Origin: Octopus sinensis
Lineage: Eukaryota
Direction: 5' to 3'
Length of the DNA: 64,000 bases
NCBI RefSeq assembly: GCF_006345805.1
Contig: NC_042998.1
Location: 197,966,001-198,030,000 of the forward strand
Shown here: in pieces, positions 13,045-26,194 of the stretch
Numbering within the stretch: position 1 is the stretch's first letter
Layout: the number at the start of each line of letters is the position of its first letter
The notes under the pieces: generated by a model
Told to the model about the DNA's origin: nothing
What the model saw: only the letters and a program-made list of their open reading frames with translations
Database searches by the model: none
Translations under genes and position numbers: made by a program

Positions 13045-13410
13045 CATCATCATCATCACTATCATCATCATCATCGTTTAACATCCGCTTTCCATGCTAG
13101 CATGGGTTGGATGGTTTGACCGGGGTCTGGGAAGCCAGAAGGTTGCACCAGGCTCCAATCTTGATCTGGCGGTGTTTCTACAGCTGGATGCCCTTCCTAA
13201 CGCCAACCACTCTGTGAGTGTAGTGGGTGCTTTTTACGTGCCACCAGCACAGGTGCCAGGGGAGGCTGGCAACGGCCACGATCAGTTGGTGCTTTTTACA
13301 TGCCACTGGCACAGAAGCCAGTCAAGGCAGCACTGGCATCGGCCATGTTCGGATGGTGATTTTTACGTGCCACCAGCACAGGTATCACAACTACAATTTC
13401 CATTGATTTA
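13045..13410 (-). mobile_element. RTE 3' UTR fragment (family B)
   Basis: Family B similarity. Confidence 0.8.
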
Positions 13411-13955
13411 GAATTTTGGGTCTTTCAATAACTTTGTTTTCTCTGTAGACATTGACCTGTAGATAGTCAGACAGGGTATCAAATGCAAAAATCTTATCAG
13501 TTCAGTGGGTGAAAGGCTGTAAAACTCATGGATGTTGTCCTTCTTCCCTTGATCAAGTTAATGTGTGCAAGTCATGGGGTGGATATTCACATACCCATGT
13601 ATGTTATTACATACTTATGTATATTACACCCATGAATATTAGCATAGCATGGTACACACCCATATTTGATATTATATACTCATTTATGTTAATATATATC
13701 CATGTATATTATTGCACGTGTATGTAATTATACACCCACATCCACTAAGCCAACAAAGGAACACTACATGGTAATTTTACTTACAGGAAACAATAGCTAA
13801 ATCTCCCTTAGCCCTTTAGCATTTTAACCAGCCATATCGGGCCCAAATATTCTACTCTCAAAGCTGTGAGGTAATGCATGATTAATTCAAAGCAATGTGA
13901 GTAAATAAGTATTACACATGACAATAATCTGAATGCTAAAGGGATAAATCACATA

Positions 13956-14465
13956 TCATAAATCCTCGAGTATAATCCACCCTTGAGTATAACATGCAGG
14001 GGATTTTTAGGGGGCTGTACCTCTGAAAAACCTAAACCTTGTGTATAATACGCACTCCTTCTCTAACTTGAGTCGTGTGTAATTAACCAGCAGCACCTAG
14101 TCAAACAAATACTTCCGCACATGCGTAATACAATAAAGGTGATGTTCTTAACTGTTATATGGGAATGTAAATATGTTTGCAAATTGTTTTTGTTACATGT
14201 TATTCTGTGTTCTGAATACTTTTATTTTAATAAATGTTGCTTACTGCAAGTTATGGATGATTCTTTTATGACTTCATTGCTTTCAGGCTTAGCTTAAGGT
14301 ATTTTCGCACCCGACATCACAAAATGCGTCTGAATAAACATTGCCGGACAGCAAATAGAGACTCAGACATAACGTAGAAAATATTTTTCATTTTTAACCT
14401 CGTACTAAGGATTTTGACGTTTAAATTTTGGGAAAAAAGTGTGGATTATACTCGAGGATTTATGG
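13956..14465. mobile_element. Non-autonomous pogo/Tc2-like MITE
   Basis: About 25-bp TIRs (t/c)cataaatcctcgagtataatccac and gtggattatactcgaggatttatgg, flanked by TA. Confidence 0.8.
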
Positions 14466-15191
14466 TACTATTATCTTGAAAAACAGCATTGAAAATGTGG
14501 CTCTGGATTCTCTGTATTTAGGATAGACTGCTCAATCAAGTTTTACCTGAGGCTAAATACGAACATTGTACACCCAGGACTATTATTAACCACTCATGTA
14601 TGTTGTAACACACTGCCATGTATGTTGTTATATTACTATACACTCCCATTCACACCATTATACTATCATCTGTGTTACACTACTGTATGTTATTACATAC
14701 CCATAAAGGTTATTCCACATTTGTGTATGTTATTGAATATCCATGTTTATTATTACATACTCAACTTTTATTAAACTTCCATATATGTCATTATACACAC
14801 ATGTATGTAGATATACTCTCAGCTATTTCATTACACATTCGCGAATATTATAACAGATTCATGCATATTACTGCATACTCAAGAATATTATTACACATTT
14901 GCAAATGTTATTACACATCCCCATATGTCATTACAAACCCATATAGGTTATTACACACCCAGATATGTTATTATGCACTTGTGTATGTTATTACTCATTT
15001 ATGTATGTTATCAAGATTGGAGCCTGGTGTGGCCACCTGGTTCGCCAGCCCTCAGTCAAAATCGTCCAACCCATGCTAGCATGGAAAGTGGATGTTAAAC
15101 GATGATGATAATGATGATGATTACACACATATATACCCATATATGCTATTACTCACCCATACATATCTAGATACGCTATCACACACACACA

Positions 15192-15612
15192 TATCTCTCT
15201 TTTACTCTTTTACTTGTTTCAGTCATTTGACTGCGGCCATGCTGGAGCACCGCCTTTTTTAATCGAGCAAATCGACCCCGGGACTTATTCTTTGTAAGCC
15301 CAGTACTTATTCTATCGGTCTCTTTTGCCGAACCGCTAAGTGGCGGGGACGTAAACACACCAGCATCGGTTGTCAGGCAATGCTAGGGGGACAAACACAG
15401 ACACACAAACATATACACACACATTTATATATATATATACATATATACGACAGGCTTCTTTCAGTTTCCATCTACCAAATCCACTCACAAGGCATTGGTT
15501 GGCCCGGGGCTATAGTAGAAGACACTTGCCCAAGATGCCACGCAGTGGGACTGAACCCGGAACCATGTGGTTGGTTAGCAAGCTACTTACCACACAGCCA
15601 CTCCTGCGCCTA
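15192..15612 (-). mobile_element. SINE family A
   Basis: Family A similarity. Confidence 0.85.
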
Positions 15613-16218
15613 TATATATCATTACATACACATACATATTATGACACACTCATATATGCTATTACACACTTGTGTATTATTAAACACTCACATCTGCAAT
15701 TATGTCTCAATACAGTCTCCAAGAAGACAGACTGAAGAAGATGGTTGCCACAGTGTCTAAGGAATGAGATGCAGCTGAGAGTGATGTGAAGGAGAGAGAG
15801 AAGCGAAAGAAGTGGTTTACGTCAGAATAAACATGATTTTTGAAGGAAAATCAACTGACATTTCCAAATATGGTTTATGTCAATGATATCTGACAGCTGT
15901 GACATGGCAGTTAAATTCCTAACGTAAAATTACAATTTTGGCAAATGTTATGCCACTCTGAACAAATAGGGAAATTATTTCCGTCTAGCTCTTCTCCGTA
16001 GAAGATATTCAATTGTTTAAAATTTCTTAACATTTATTTCCTTCTGTGAGCCAATGAGCAGCCAAATCTCCATCAAATCACATCATGGCATCTTAAAACA
16101 GGAAATACAAATATAGAATTGTGCAGTCTTAGACACACTGCATCTGAAATACAAAGCTGGGTTGGTCATGGCTTGCGCCTGGGTTATGTGTGTCTATTAA
16201 ATTGCATAATATAAAACT

Positions 16219-16519
16219 GTGGAGGCGCAATGGCCCAGTGGTTAGGGCAGCGGACTCGCGGTTGTAGGATCGCGGTTTCGATTCCCAGACCGAGCGTTGT
16301 GAGTGTTTATTGAGCGAAAACACCTAAAAGCTCCACGAGTCTCCGGCAGAGGGTGGTGATACCTGCTATACTCTTCCACCACTCTTTCTCTCACTCTTTC
16401 TCCTGTTGGCCTGCTCGCTTAGCCAGTGGGGTGGCATCATTCGAAGGCTAAAGCAATGTGAAGCGCATTGTGACCAGCGATGTGTAACAAAATCTGATGT
16501 TCTGGTCGGTCACGTGATC
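16219..16519 (+). mobile_element. tRNA-derived SINE, family D head with an alternative tail
   Basis: GGAGGCGCAATGGCCCAGTGGTTAGGG...GGTTTCGATTCCC head; 11-bp TSD aatataaaact at 16208-16218 and 16520-16530. Confidence 0.85.
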
Positions 16520-17499
16520 AATATAAAACTATGATGTAGTGTATATGGTGATAGTGATGTGATTTTAGCTACACCGTGGTTTTATGCATGTTTCTGAATT
16601 GATTCTAGCGATCTTCAGTCAGTGTAAAGTTGCTTCACATTCGATGAGAAACGTTAATATTAATTCAGTTAGCTATATGATGCCATGGTTTGGATTTTAT
16701 TCTATAGCTACCTATGCACAGCCACGTGCCAAACACACACACACATACCAAACACACACACACAAAACTAGATACTACATTACCTTTTATCTACTGTCCA
16801 ACTATTGCTACTATTTCTGCCATGTACCACACCACATCATTTGTATTTCTTTTTTCTTTTTTCTTTTTTTTTCAATGGAATAATCAAATGAAATGATAGC
16901 TCCAAAACACAGTCAAACCTGATTAAAAACAAAGACGATCAAATAAATACATTTTGTATCTTTTTTCTATCACAAATTAAACATTACAGAGAATTTTATT
17001 TATGTAAATAAAATATTTCCAAATTTAATTTTTCTTTTTCATAGTTTTCTACTTGTATGATTTGTAGTGGTTTTTTTTTTAAGATCTGAATAAAACCAAC
17101 ACAATATCCCAGGAAAAAGATTCATCACCGTTTATGTCTCCTTGGCATATTTGGATAATTCTATTAGTGTTTTTACAACTAGTTTTCGCAGATTTTTATT
17201 GAAGCAGATGCATCAAATTTTTTCTTGCTGCAACACTGAACCAAAATGGTCATTCTGTTGCTTTCTTCTTGAAGTCACTTGAGTTCAGAAAGAAGTTTTA
17301 GCTATTACCGAAGTGCTTACAAACATGGAAACAATACCTGTCTAGAAGATAATCCCCTTTAATCACAGATCAGCAAGCTGTCTCTCACGTGGTTTATGTA
17401 ACTGAAATAGGAAAATAATGAATGTCAAAATCATGAGATTGGCGTACATAACTCATTTACGTTTATGATGTCCAGGATCATCCAAAACGAATGGATTTT

Positions 17500-17715
17500 A
17501 AGCACCAACCGATCATGGCCGATGCCAGACCCCTCTGGCACCTGTGCAGGTGGCACGTAAAAAGCACCCACTACACCCACGGAGTGGTTGGCGTTAGGAA
17601 GGGCATCTAGCTGTAGAAACACTGCCAGATCAGACTGGAGCCTGGTGCAGCCCTGGCTTCCAAGACCCCGGTTGAACCGTCCAACTCGTGCTGGCGCGGA
17701 AAACGGACGTTAAAC

Positions 17716-17745
<30 letters not shown>
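17500..17745 (+). mobile_element. RTE 3' UTR fragment (family B)
   Basis: Family B block and (GAT)n tail. Confidence 0.8.
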
Positions 17746-17746
<1 letters not shown>

Positions 17747-18039
17747 GTCTCAGGCTCTTCATGCTTTACCCTTCATATGCAAAACAGATTTCTCTCTGTC
17801 TATTCTGGTAATCCTTCTATCATAAAGAAGTCAACTTTACAGGATCTTCATGATGTACTCTATCATTCAAGCATTTCAAATCTAAGTCATCTTACCAAAC
17901 TCGGCAGATAATGTTAAGAGTAAAATGATAACGCTAAATAATAATTTTAAAGCTCCTCTTCCAATGAACAATCAGTGTTCGGACATCTTTACTATTATAG
18001 ACGGGTGTTCAATACTTCCATGCACTAGTGTTTCTATTC

Positions 18040-18575
18040 ATCATCATCATCATCATCATCGTTTAGCGTCCACTTTCCATGCTGGCATCGGTTGGAGAGT
18101 GAAACTGGGGTCTGGGAAACCAGAAGGCTGCGCCAGGCCCAGTCTGATCTGGCAGTGTTTCTACAGCTGGATGCCCTTCCTAATGCCAACCACTCAATGA
18201 GTGTAGTGGGTGCTTTTTACGTGCCACCAGCACAGAGGCCAGGCGAGGCTGGCAAACGGCCACGATTGGATGGTGCTTTTTACGTGCCACCGGCATAGAG
18301 GCCAGGCGAGGCTGGCAAACGGCCACAATCGGATGGTGCTTTTTACGTGCCACCGGCACAGAGGCCAGGCGAGGCTGGCAAACGGCCACGATCGGATGGT
18401 GCTTTTTACGTGCCACCAGCACGGAAGCCAATCGGGGCGGCGCTGGCAACGGCCACGTTCAGATGGTTCTCTTATGTTCCACCGGCACTGGTATCACAGC
18501 TACAATTTCCATTGATGTTGATCGATTTTGATTTTTGATTTTGATTTTGATTTTCACTTGCCTCAACAGGTCTTC
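18040..18575 (-). mobile_element. RTE 3' UTR fragment with expanded internal ~62-bp tandem units
   Basis: Three near-identical units at about 18220-18410, plus flanking units. Confidence 0.85.
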
Positions 18576-18708
18576 ACAAGTAGAGTTTTGTGTCCCAAAA
18601 GCCTGTTTACAGTCTTTGATGAGCCAGCAGTTGAGCTTGGTGCAGTCTTCTTATTTGCTAGCTCATGTCAAACTGTCCAACTCATACCTGGAAAACATAT
18701 CTAATGTA

Positions 18709-19342
18709 CAGTAATCCCTTGACTATCATAGCTCTTACTTTCCAAAACCTCCTGCGATAGGTGAAAATCTGCAAAGTAGAAACAGTACTGTACTCTTTTA
18801 CTCTTTTACTTGTTTTAGTCATTTGACTGCGGCCATGCTGGAGCACCGCCTTTAATCGAGCAACTCGACCCCGGGACTTATTCTTTTTGTAGGCCCAGTA
18901 CTTATTCTATTGGTCTCTTTTGCCGAACCTCTAAGTGACGGGGGCGTAAACACACCAGCACCGGTTGTCAAGCAATGCTAGGGGGACAAACACAAACATG
19001 CACACACACACACATATATATATATACATATATACGACAGGCTTCTTTCAGTTTCCGTCTACCAAATCCTCTCACAAGGCATTGGTCGGCCCGGGGCTAT
19101 AGCAGAAGACACTTGCCCAAGATGCCACACAGTGGGACTGAACCCGGAACCATGTGGCTGGTTAGCAACCTACTTACCACACAGCCACTGTATATATTTT
19201 TAAAAATTATTTTTATAATTTGTTTATATTTATTTTATTATGAATTCAAAACAATACCACGGAGGAATTGACATAAGTTTAAATAATAAACCGCAATAGG
19301 TGAACTGCGATAGGTGAACCACAATATGGCAAAGGATTATTG
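18709..19342. mobile_element. Tigger/pogo-like non-autonomous element with nested SINE A (-, about 18792-19190)
   Basis: TA-cagtaatccctt...aaaggattattg-TA degenerate TIRs. Confidence 0.6.
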
Positions 19343-19344
19343 TA

Positions 19345-19645
19345 TACTAGCAGTATCACCCGGCGTTGCTCGGGTTTGTAAGGGAAATAACTATATAAGC
19401 ATTTTTAGAGAGTTACTTCCCTTATATAATAGCGAAAAAAATGCATTAAAATGGAAAAATATGATGGTAAATTTTTTTTAAATCGTAGACTCATCGTAGA
19501 CACGCGCTAATACCCAGAAGGGCTCGATATGACTCACGACTATAAGATACCCGGTTTTGGTTACACTGCACCACAAAATGTGGGAGTAGTTACGAATCTA
19601 AATCGTAGGAGACAGACACACAACTTCACTCTTATATATAAATAT
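19345..19645 (+). mobile_element. Helitron/Helentron-associated non-autonomous element
   Basis: Starts ACTAG...cccggcgttgctcggg (hairpin) and ends ttatatataaa. Related copies at 53940-54325 and on the minus strand ending at 39465. Confidence 0.6.
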
Positions 19646-19755
19646 ATGTCACGTAGTTATATGCACATACTTTGTTATATACACATTCTTAAAAGAAAAT
19701 GTTATTTTGAACACAACATTTATAAAGAATAAAATATTTTTTTGGTTTTTCTTAA

Positions 19756-20500
19756 CCCTTTCGTTACTATATTTCTGACCAAAATACACCCCTTATGTGT
19801 TTCAATTAATTTCTAACGTAATCATAAATTTAGTCTGGTTTCATTAAACAACAATAACTTTTTTATTTATCAATATATTAATGTGATTTTTGGAAGATAA
19901 TTTAATGAAATGTTCTCAACCAATTCTATACTATAATTTTTGTCACAAAGTGACTCTAATTGCAGGTAGATACAGGTAAATTCAACAAAATATAAAATTA
20001 TTAAAATTTTGTTCAAACATCGCTATAGAAAATGGGTTATTAGCTAATATTCAATTGGGTATACAACAAAATTTTACGATAGAATTTGTTATTCTGGGTA
20101 ACTTTCTGATACCCATAATAATATTTATGGCAAAATAGGCCTTAATTTTATTTAAGGTTATGGGAAACCACAAACTATCGTTTCTTTCATTTTGTTTACG
20201 TTTAGCGTAACGGTTCGTTTCCGCCGTAATGATTTCAAATAGGCTCATTCGAAAAAGTAAAAAGAAATAGTCTAAGGCTTTACTCTTCTGGGAAAGTCTG
20301 TGGCTTGGTGCAGTTTCTTCAGAAAAATCACCGAAAGAAACAGTTTTTAAATTTTCACTCCATTCAGGTACCAATTCATTTTCTTAATCGCTGTCGGATT
20401 CACTGTTTTCACTTTAATCATTGCAAACTTGCAAAGAGAAAGGAGAAATTAGAGTGATAGCGTCAGTGAAACAGTTCGCTCCGTTTGTGTGTGTGTGCGT
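19756..20500 (-). mobile_element. piggyBac transposon remnant
   Basis: TTAA-CCCTTTCGTTAC terminus. Minus ORF reads ALDYFFLLF...IITAETNRYAK...W.PITLNKIKAYFAINIIMGIRKLPRI, like a PGBD N-terminus. Confidence 0.8.
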
Positions 20501-21264
20501 TTGTGTGTGCTGTAGCCCACACTAAGAAAAGCATTTGACATATACACCACAATGTGAGTTTTCTCTAAATTTTGCTTAATTGGGGTTGAAATTTTAAAAG
20601 CTGGACCTGGCACGACCCGATGCATTCTACTCTTAAAAATGCTAGGTAAATTGTAATTGAAGAAATCCTATATTGTAGATTTCTATAAGATACAAAGGGA
20701 GGCAGATAAAATCTGCCTTTTATAATAAGAGATACACGGTTGACAAGCAAGATATTGTGGATTTTGCTGAAGATAAAATCTCTTATACATGTGTTGTGTT
20801 AAAAGCACAATATATATTGGAAGGAGAGAAAATTGTCCTGGCAGCAGTTAACGTGAACACCAGGTGCACTTTGACCTTCTTGGATATTGTCAGTGATGTG
20901 TGCTCACAGCCACGTACTCAGAAAAATTTGTTGCCTCCATAAGCTGGTTTTGATCCTGGTATCACATCTTCATTGGACTAATTTTGTTGTGTCCTGTGGT
21001 TATTTGATTTCATAGTCGATACACACATCTCCACATGGTGCTGCTAATTCTCAGCTGGTCATGAAACTCATATGTGGAGGTTGTAGTTAACATCTGTAAA
21101 ATAAGCTTCTTCAACAATAGGGTTGAATTTGTTGTGGCATCTGTATTTGATAAAGAACTTTCCCTGGTTTTCAAAGTCAACAAGGGATTCTTTGACCACT
21201 GATTGAACAATGATGGCAACTGACAAAAGTGTTCATGTAGCTTTCGCTATTAGTGGTAGTACAC

Positions 21265-21785
21265 TATCATCATCATCATCATCATCATCATCATTTAACA
21301 TCCGCTTTCCATGCTAGCATGGGTTGGACGATTTGACTGAGGTCTGGTGAACCAGATGGCTGCACCAGGCTCCAGTCTGATCTGGCAGAGTTTCTACAGC
21401 TGGATGCTCTTCCTAACACCAACTACTCTGAGAGTGTAGTGGGTGCTTTTTACATTCCACCAGCATGAGGGCCAGTTTGGAGGTACTGGCAACAGCCACG
21501 CCCAAATGGTGCTTTTTATGTGCCACCTACAGAGGAGCCAGTCCAGTGGTACTGGCAACGACCTTGCTCGAATGTTTCACATGCCACCAGCACAAGTGCT
21601 AGTAAGGTGACGCAGTAACACTCACGCTCGAATGGTGTGCTTAACGTGCCATCGGCACGGAGGCCAGCTTGTTGCTCTGGCAACGGTTTCACTCGTATGG
21701 TACTCTTAGCGCTCCACTAGCAACAGATGCCAGTCACCGAGTTTGATTTTGACTTCGATTTCACTTGCCTCAACTGGTCTTCGAA
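21265..21785 (-). mobile_element. RTE 3' UTR fragment (family B variant)
   Basis: Family B similarity. Confidence 0.75.
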
Positions 21786-22085
21786 TTGGGTAGAGCCTAT
21801 TTAATATGCTTATTTTCCGATTCTTGGTGGGGAAGTTCCTGAATTTCAGAAGAGTGATTGCTTTTTTTATATAATACCATTGTATCACTAATTTTTGCGT
21901 TTGGATTGCTGAATGTTGTTTGACTTGTAACAACTCCTCAATTATGCAACAAGTTCTTTATAACGAGCTACTCTTGACTACATGAATGATGGCTCAAGTC
22001 TATCCCTTAAATTGTTGAAACATCTGTAGATAATGCATTTTTTTTGTAAATGGTTCTTGTCCATGAAACATTATAAAGTATTTAA

Positions 22086-22307
22086 CCCTTTTGTTACCAT
22101 ATTTCTGTTGAGATGCTCTGTGTTTCTTTCAATTTATTTCAAATATAACAAAGAATTTAGTAAGATAACTTAGTTATCATTCAGCTAGCGTTAGGGACAT
22201 TAATTGTGACTTCGGTTTGGTGGAAGTTTTTAGTTCAAAACTTATGAAAACAAGACATTTGTTCTACAGAGCCAGAGCCGGTTTCAGCCAGGTTGGTAAT
22301 GAAAGGG
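22086..22307. mobile_element. piggyBac-type TTAA MITE
   Basis: TTAA-cccttttgttacc ... ggtaatgaaaggg-TTAA. Confidence 0.8.
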
Positions 22308-23049
22308 TTAATCAACTGACATTTGAAAATTGGAGACTCCTCCTCATGTGATCATTTTAACATTATGACTGAGAATAAAGTCAAAATCCCCTGAATTTTA
22401 GGGGTTTGTATCATTTTTGAATGAACTGCATATAAATTGTTATCAAAGTCGTGATAACTTTCTTGACGTATAAGTATGTTGTGTAATTTGTCTGGAACAT
22501 TATAATCTTTGGTATAATGGTTATGTAACAACTTTGTATTCAATATCTATTACGGTGTTGGCAATTTGATACATCAGTCTTTATTGCTTTATTGTTATTT
22601 CAGCTGCAAATTAGATAAGAAGACATTTAATAAAACATCCATACCTACTCTCTCTCATTCTCTCTCTCTCACATACACACACACACACACACAAGCACAG
22701 ACACAAAAACACAAATATATATTATGTGTGTGAATGTATGTATACACACACATACCACAGGCACGTATACACATGCATATATGCTTGCATACATATATAT
22801 TTATATGATGAATGGCAACAGATCAAATCTATTGCTGGAGCCAAGCCTCTAACAGATCAAAGGTGATATGGTCATGGAACGGTGAGATTGACAAGGCCAT
22901 AAAAGAGAAGAGATGGATTTAGAAAGAATGGAAAAGTTGGGGTAGCAAAGAACCATATCAGACAGCTAAAAGGAAAGACAGGCATCTGGAAGCCAGGCTT
23001 CAGATTTGTCTAGCTAGGACAGAAGAAGAAAGGAAGAAGTTTGCCAATG

Positions 23050-23570
23050 TCTTACAGTGTGACGATCAGGGACTTAAGGTGTTCCAGATTGATCGTTGAC
23101 AGAGCAGCTAACCAGCTTCCGTGCCAGTGGCACATAAAAAGGCACCATTCGAGTGTGATCGTTACCAGCGTCGCCTTACTGGCACTTGTAGGGTGCCAAG
23201 AGCACCATCCAAGTGTGATCGTTGCCAGAGCAGCTAACTGGTTTCCATGATGGTGGCAGGTAAAAGGGCACCATTCAAGCAATGATCGTTACCAATGTCG
23301 CCTTACTGGCACCTGTGCCAGTGACATGTGTAAAAAGATTCGAGTGTGGTCGTTACCAGTACCACCTGACTGGCCCCCATACTGGTGGCAAGTAAAAAGC
23401 ACCCACTACACTCTCGGAGTGGTTGGCATTAGGAAGGGCATCCAGCTGTAGAAACTCTGCCAAATCAAGATTGGAGCCTGGTGCAGCCATCTGGTTGGCA
23501 GGCCCTCAGTCAAATCGTCCAACCCATGCTAGCATGGAAAGCAGACATTAAACGATGATGATGATGATGA
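23050..23570 (+). mobile_element. RTE 3' UTR fragment (family B variant)
   Basis: Family B similarity. Confidence 0.75.
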
Positions 23571-23599
23571 TGTATCAGAGAGAATCAAGATAATGTTGG

Positions 23600-23850
23600 A
23601 GAGAACTGTGGATGGATGGATGATGGTATGCTTGCACTTAGTGGTTCTGAGAAGAAAGAGGCAGAGAAGAGTTACTATGAAAGGCCATTGAACGTGGAGA
23701 ATGAATGGGATAAAGAGAGTCTCCCTCATGTGAATCCAACAGAGGAACCAACTATCCTAGTCAATAGCAGTATGATAGATAAGACAATTAAAGGTATGAA
23801 GACAAAAAAAGCTCCTAGTCCATTAGGAAAAGCTCCTGGTCCATCCTAGT
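23600..23850 (+). mobile_element. RTE ORF fragment just upstream of the RT domain
   Basis: KSYYERPLNVENEWD...IDKTIKGMKTKKAPSP resembles the RTE W..Y.E.LLN...I..MK.GKAPGP region. Confidence 0.65.
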
Positions 23851-24131
23851 CTATCAAGCAGAGATGCTTAAAATATTTGAGAGTTTCCTTTTTCTTTTTA
23901 AAGTTTTCTGGTGCATGTGTTTGATGACAATTTCTGTTTTCTCCATAAGTCATGTCAGCTAAGATGTTCCTTGGAAGTATTTGGATATTCCTCAGCGAGC
24001 ACAGTAGCTGTTGTCTCTCCATTGCAAATTATTGGTCAGACGTTCGCAAATGTTGATCCATATATATTCGCCATGATAGATCGGTAGCCACTTCACACAT
24101 TTTTTTTCTCTCCTTGTTCCTTTCAGTGTCC

Positions 24132-24167
24132 CTTTCTGTAGAAGAGCATAGGCTCGAAACGTAAAAG
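24132..24167 (+). ncRNA. Hammerhead-like motif with variant core (PLE repeat family 2)
   Basis: cttt-CTGTAGA-a-GAGC(atag)GCTC-GAAA-CGT-A-aaag; A6 is replaced by T. Confidence 0.45.
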
Positions 24168-24338
24168 ACTTTTTCAATTCCCAAGCATTATATTAATACA
24201 TCTGTTTGTTTTCTTCATCTTTTGTTTTTTTCATGAATTCTCCCCATATATATATATATATTCAAAATGTGACCGTGTGTGTATTGTTGGCAATTTTTTC
24301 CCCCCATCTTCCCTTCCTTGGATCTTTCCTTTTCCTAT

Positions 24339-24373
24339 GTTTCTGACGAAGAGCTCTGCTCGAAATGTTAAAT
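24339..24373 (+). ncRNA. Hammerhead-like motif, family 1, partly decayed
   Basis: gttt-CTGACGA-a-GAGC(tct)GCTC-GAAA-TGT-T-aaat. Confidence 0.5.
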
Positions 24374-24499
24374 CCTCCTTCTTTCTTTCCTTTCCTGAGC
24401 GTCCAATAACACTATACTTGTTCCACATCCTCACGTTGTTGTGTTTTCTCTTTGTGTTTTCATGTTTATATTAACTTATCAAAATTGAACCAATCCTAT

Positions 24500-25100
24500 G
24501 ACTGGCACCCGGTAGATGCCAGTGCCGCTGGACTGACTCCTGTGCAGGTGGCAAGTAAAGAAACACCGTTTCGACCCTGTGCTTGAGGAGATCCATTGAG
24601 TCAAGTACACCAACATCAAAAATCAATGGAAACTGCAGTAATGATCCCTGTGCCGGTGGCACGTAAAAAGCACCATTCGAACGTGGCCAATGCCAGCCTC
24701 ACCTGGCACCTGTGCTGGTGGCACGTAAAAAGCACACACTACACTCACGGAGTTGTTGGTGTTAGGAAGGGCATCCAGCTGTAGAAACTCTGCCAGATCA
24801 AGATTGGAGCCTGGTGCAGCCATCTGGTTTGCCAGATCCCCGGTCGAACCATCCAACTCATGCTAGCATGGAAAACGGACGTTAAACGATGATGATGATG
24901 CGATATATATATATATATATATAGCATCATCATCATCATCATCATTTAATGTCTTTTTTCCATCCTGGCATGAATTGGATGGTTTGACCAGAGCTGGAAA
25001 GGTGCCAGGGGCTGCATGAGGCTCCATTGTCCGTTTTGGCATGATTTCTACAGTTGGATGTCCTTTCAAATGCCAACCCACTCCATTGAGTGTAGTGGGT
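24500..25100. mobile_element. Two RTE 3' UTR copies, tail-to-tail across a (TA)n spacer
   Basis: The + copy ends at about 24900 and the - copy tail starts at about 24925. Confidence 0.75.
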
Positions 25101-25384
25101 GCTCTTAACATGGCACCAGTATGAGTGCTTTTCCTATGGCCCCAGCACACTGATATCAATTCTGCTGTGGCAGACAGGTCTTCTTGCGCACAGCAATGCC
25201 TCAGATATCTCAGTCCTTAGTCACCCCCTTCATGAAGCTCATTGTCTGGAGATCAGCCTTCAATACTTCATTCCATGTCTTCCTAGCTCTCCCTCTTCCA
25301 CAAGTTCCATCCACTTTAAATGACCACAACTTTTTTTTATGCAACTGTCTCCATCCATATGCAGCACTGATACATACATATATC

Positions 25385-25452
<68 letters not shown>

Positions 25453-25546
25453 GATATAGTTAATCCAAACATGAAAACACAACAACATGAGGACATGGAA
25501 CAAGTATAGTGTTATTGGACGCTCAGGAAAGAAGGAAAGAAGGAGT

Positions 25547-25581
25547 GTTTAACATTTCGAGCGGAGCTCTTCGTCAGAAAC
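25547..25581 (-). ncRNA. Hammerhead-like motif, family 1 (within a repeat at about 25455-25600)
   Basis: Reverse complement is gttt-CTGACGA-agagctccgctc-GAAA-TGT-T-aaac. Confidence 0.55.
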
Positions 25582-25613
25582 ATAGGAAAAAGAAAGATCC
25601 ATATATATATATA

Positions 25614-25664
<51 letters not shown>

Positions 25665-25666
25665 AT

Positions 25667-25730
<64 letters not shown>

Positions 25731-26194
25731 CTATATATATATATATATATATATATAAATATGTATGTGTATGTAAAGGCAGCAAGCTGGCAGAATTGTT
25801 AGCATGCTAGGTGAAATGCTTAGTGATATTTTACTCGTCACTACATTCTGAGTTCAAATTCCACCAAGGTTGACTTTGATTTTCATCCTTTCAGAGTTGA
25901 TTAAATAAGTACCAGTTATGCACTGGAGTTAATCTAAGTGACCGGCCCTCCTCCCCCAAAATTTCAGGCTTTGTGCCTATAGTAGAAAGGATATATATAT
26001 ATATATATATATATATTTAAACAGAGGTGCATCAGCATGGTCGCAGCTCTGAGCTGAAACTAAAGAGAACAAAAAAATGTATATATATATACACGTTAGC
26101 CATTTAAGAGTCCATAAGTCAGGCAAAGATTCACTCGTATATCTGTCAATAGAGTGGGTATATTATCTGAAACATACAGTATTATATTCCCTTC

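Noticed and set aside
16219-16290. tRNA-like sequences (also at 846, 7103, 10400 and 34389)
   Set aside because: These are SINE heads continuing into SINE bodies; no complete cloverleaf.
18180-18538. Regularly spaced ~62-bp repeats resembling a CRISPR array
   Set aside because: Eukaryotic context, spacers are not unique, and the units are internal to the RTE 3' UTR.
20730-22560. Coding-looking unique segments on the minus strand (e.g. AIIVQSVVKESLVDFENQGKFFIKYRCHNKF...)
   Set aside because: Short frames with stops and no recognisable family; cannot be supported without a search.
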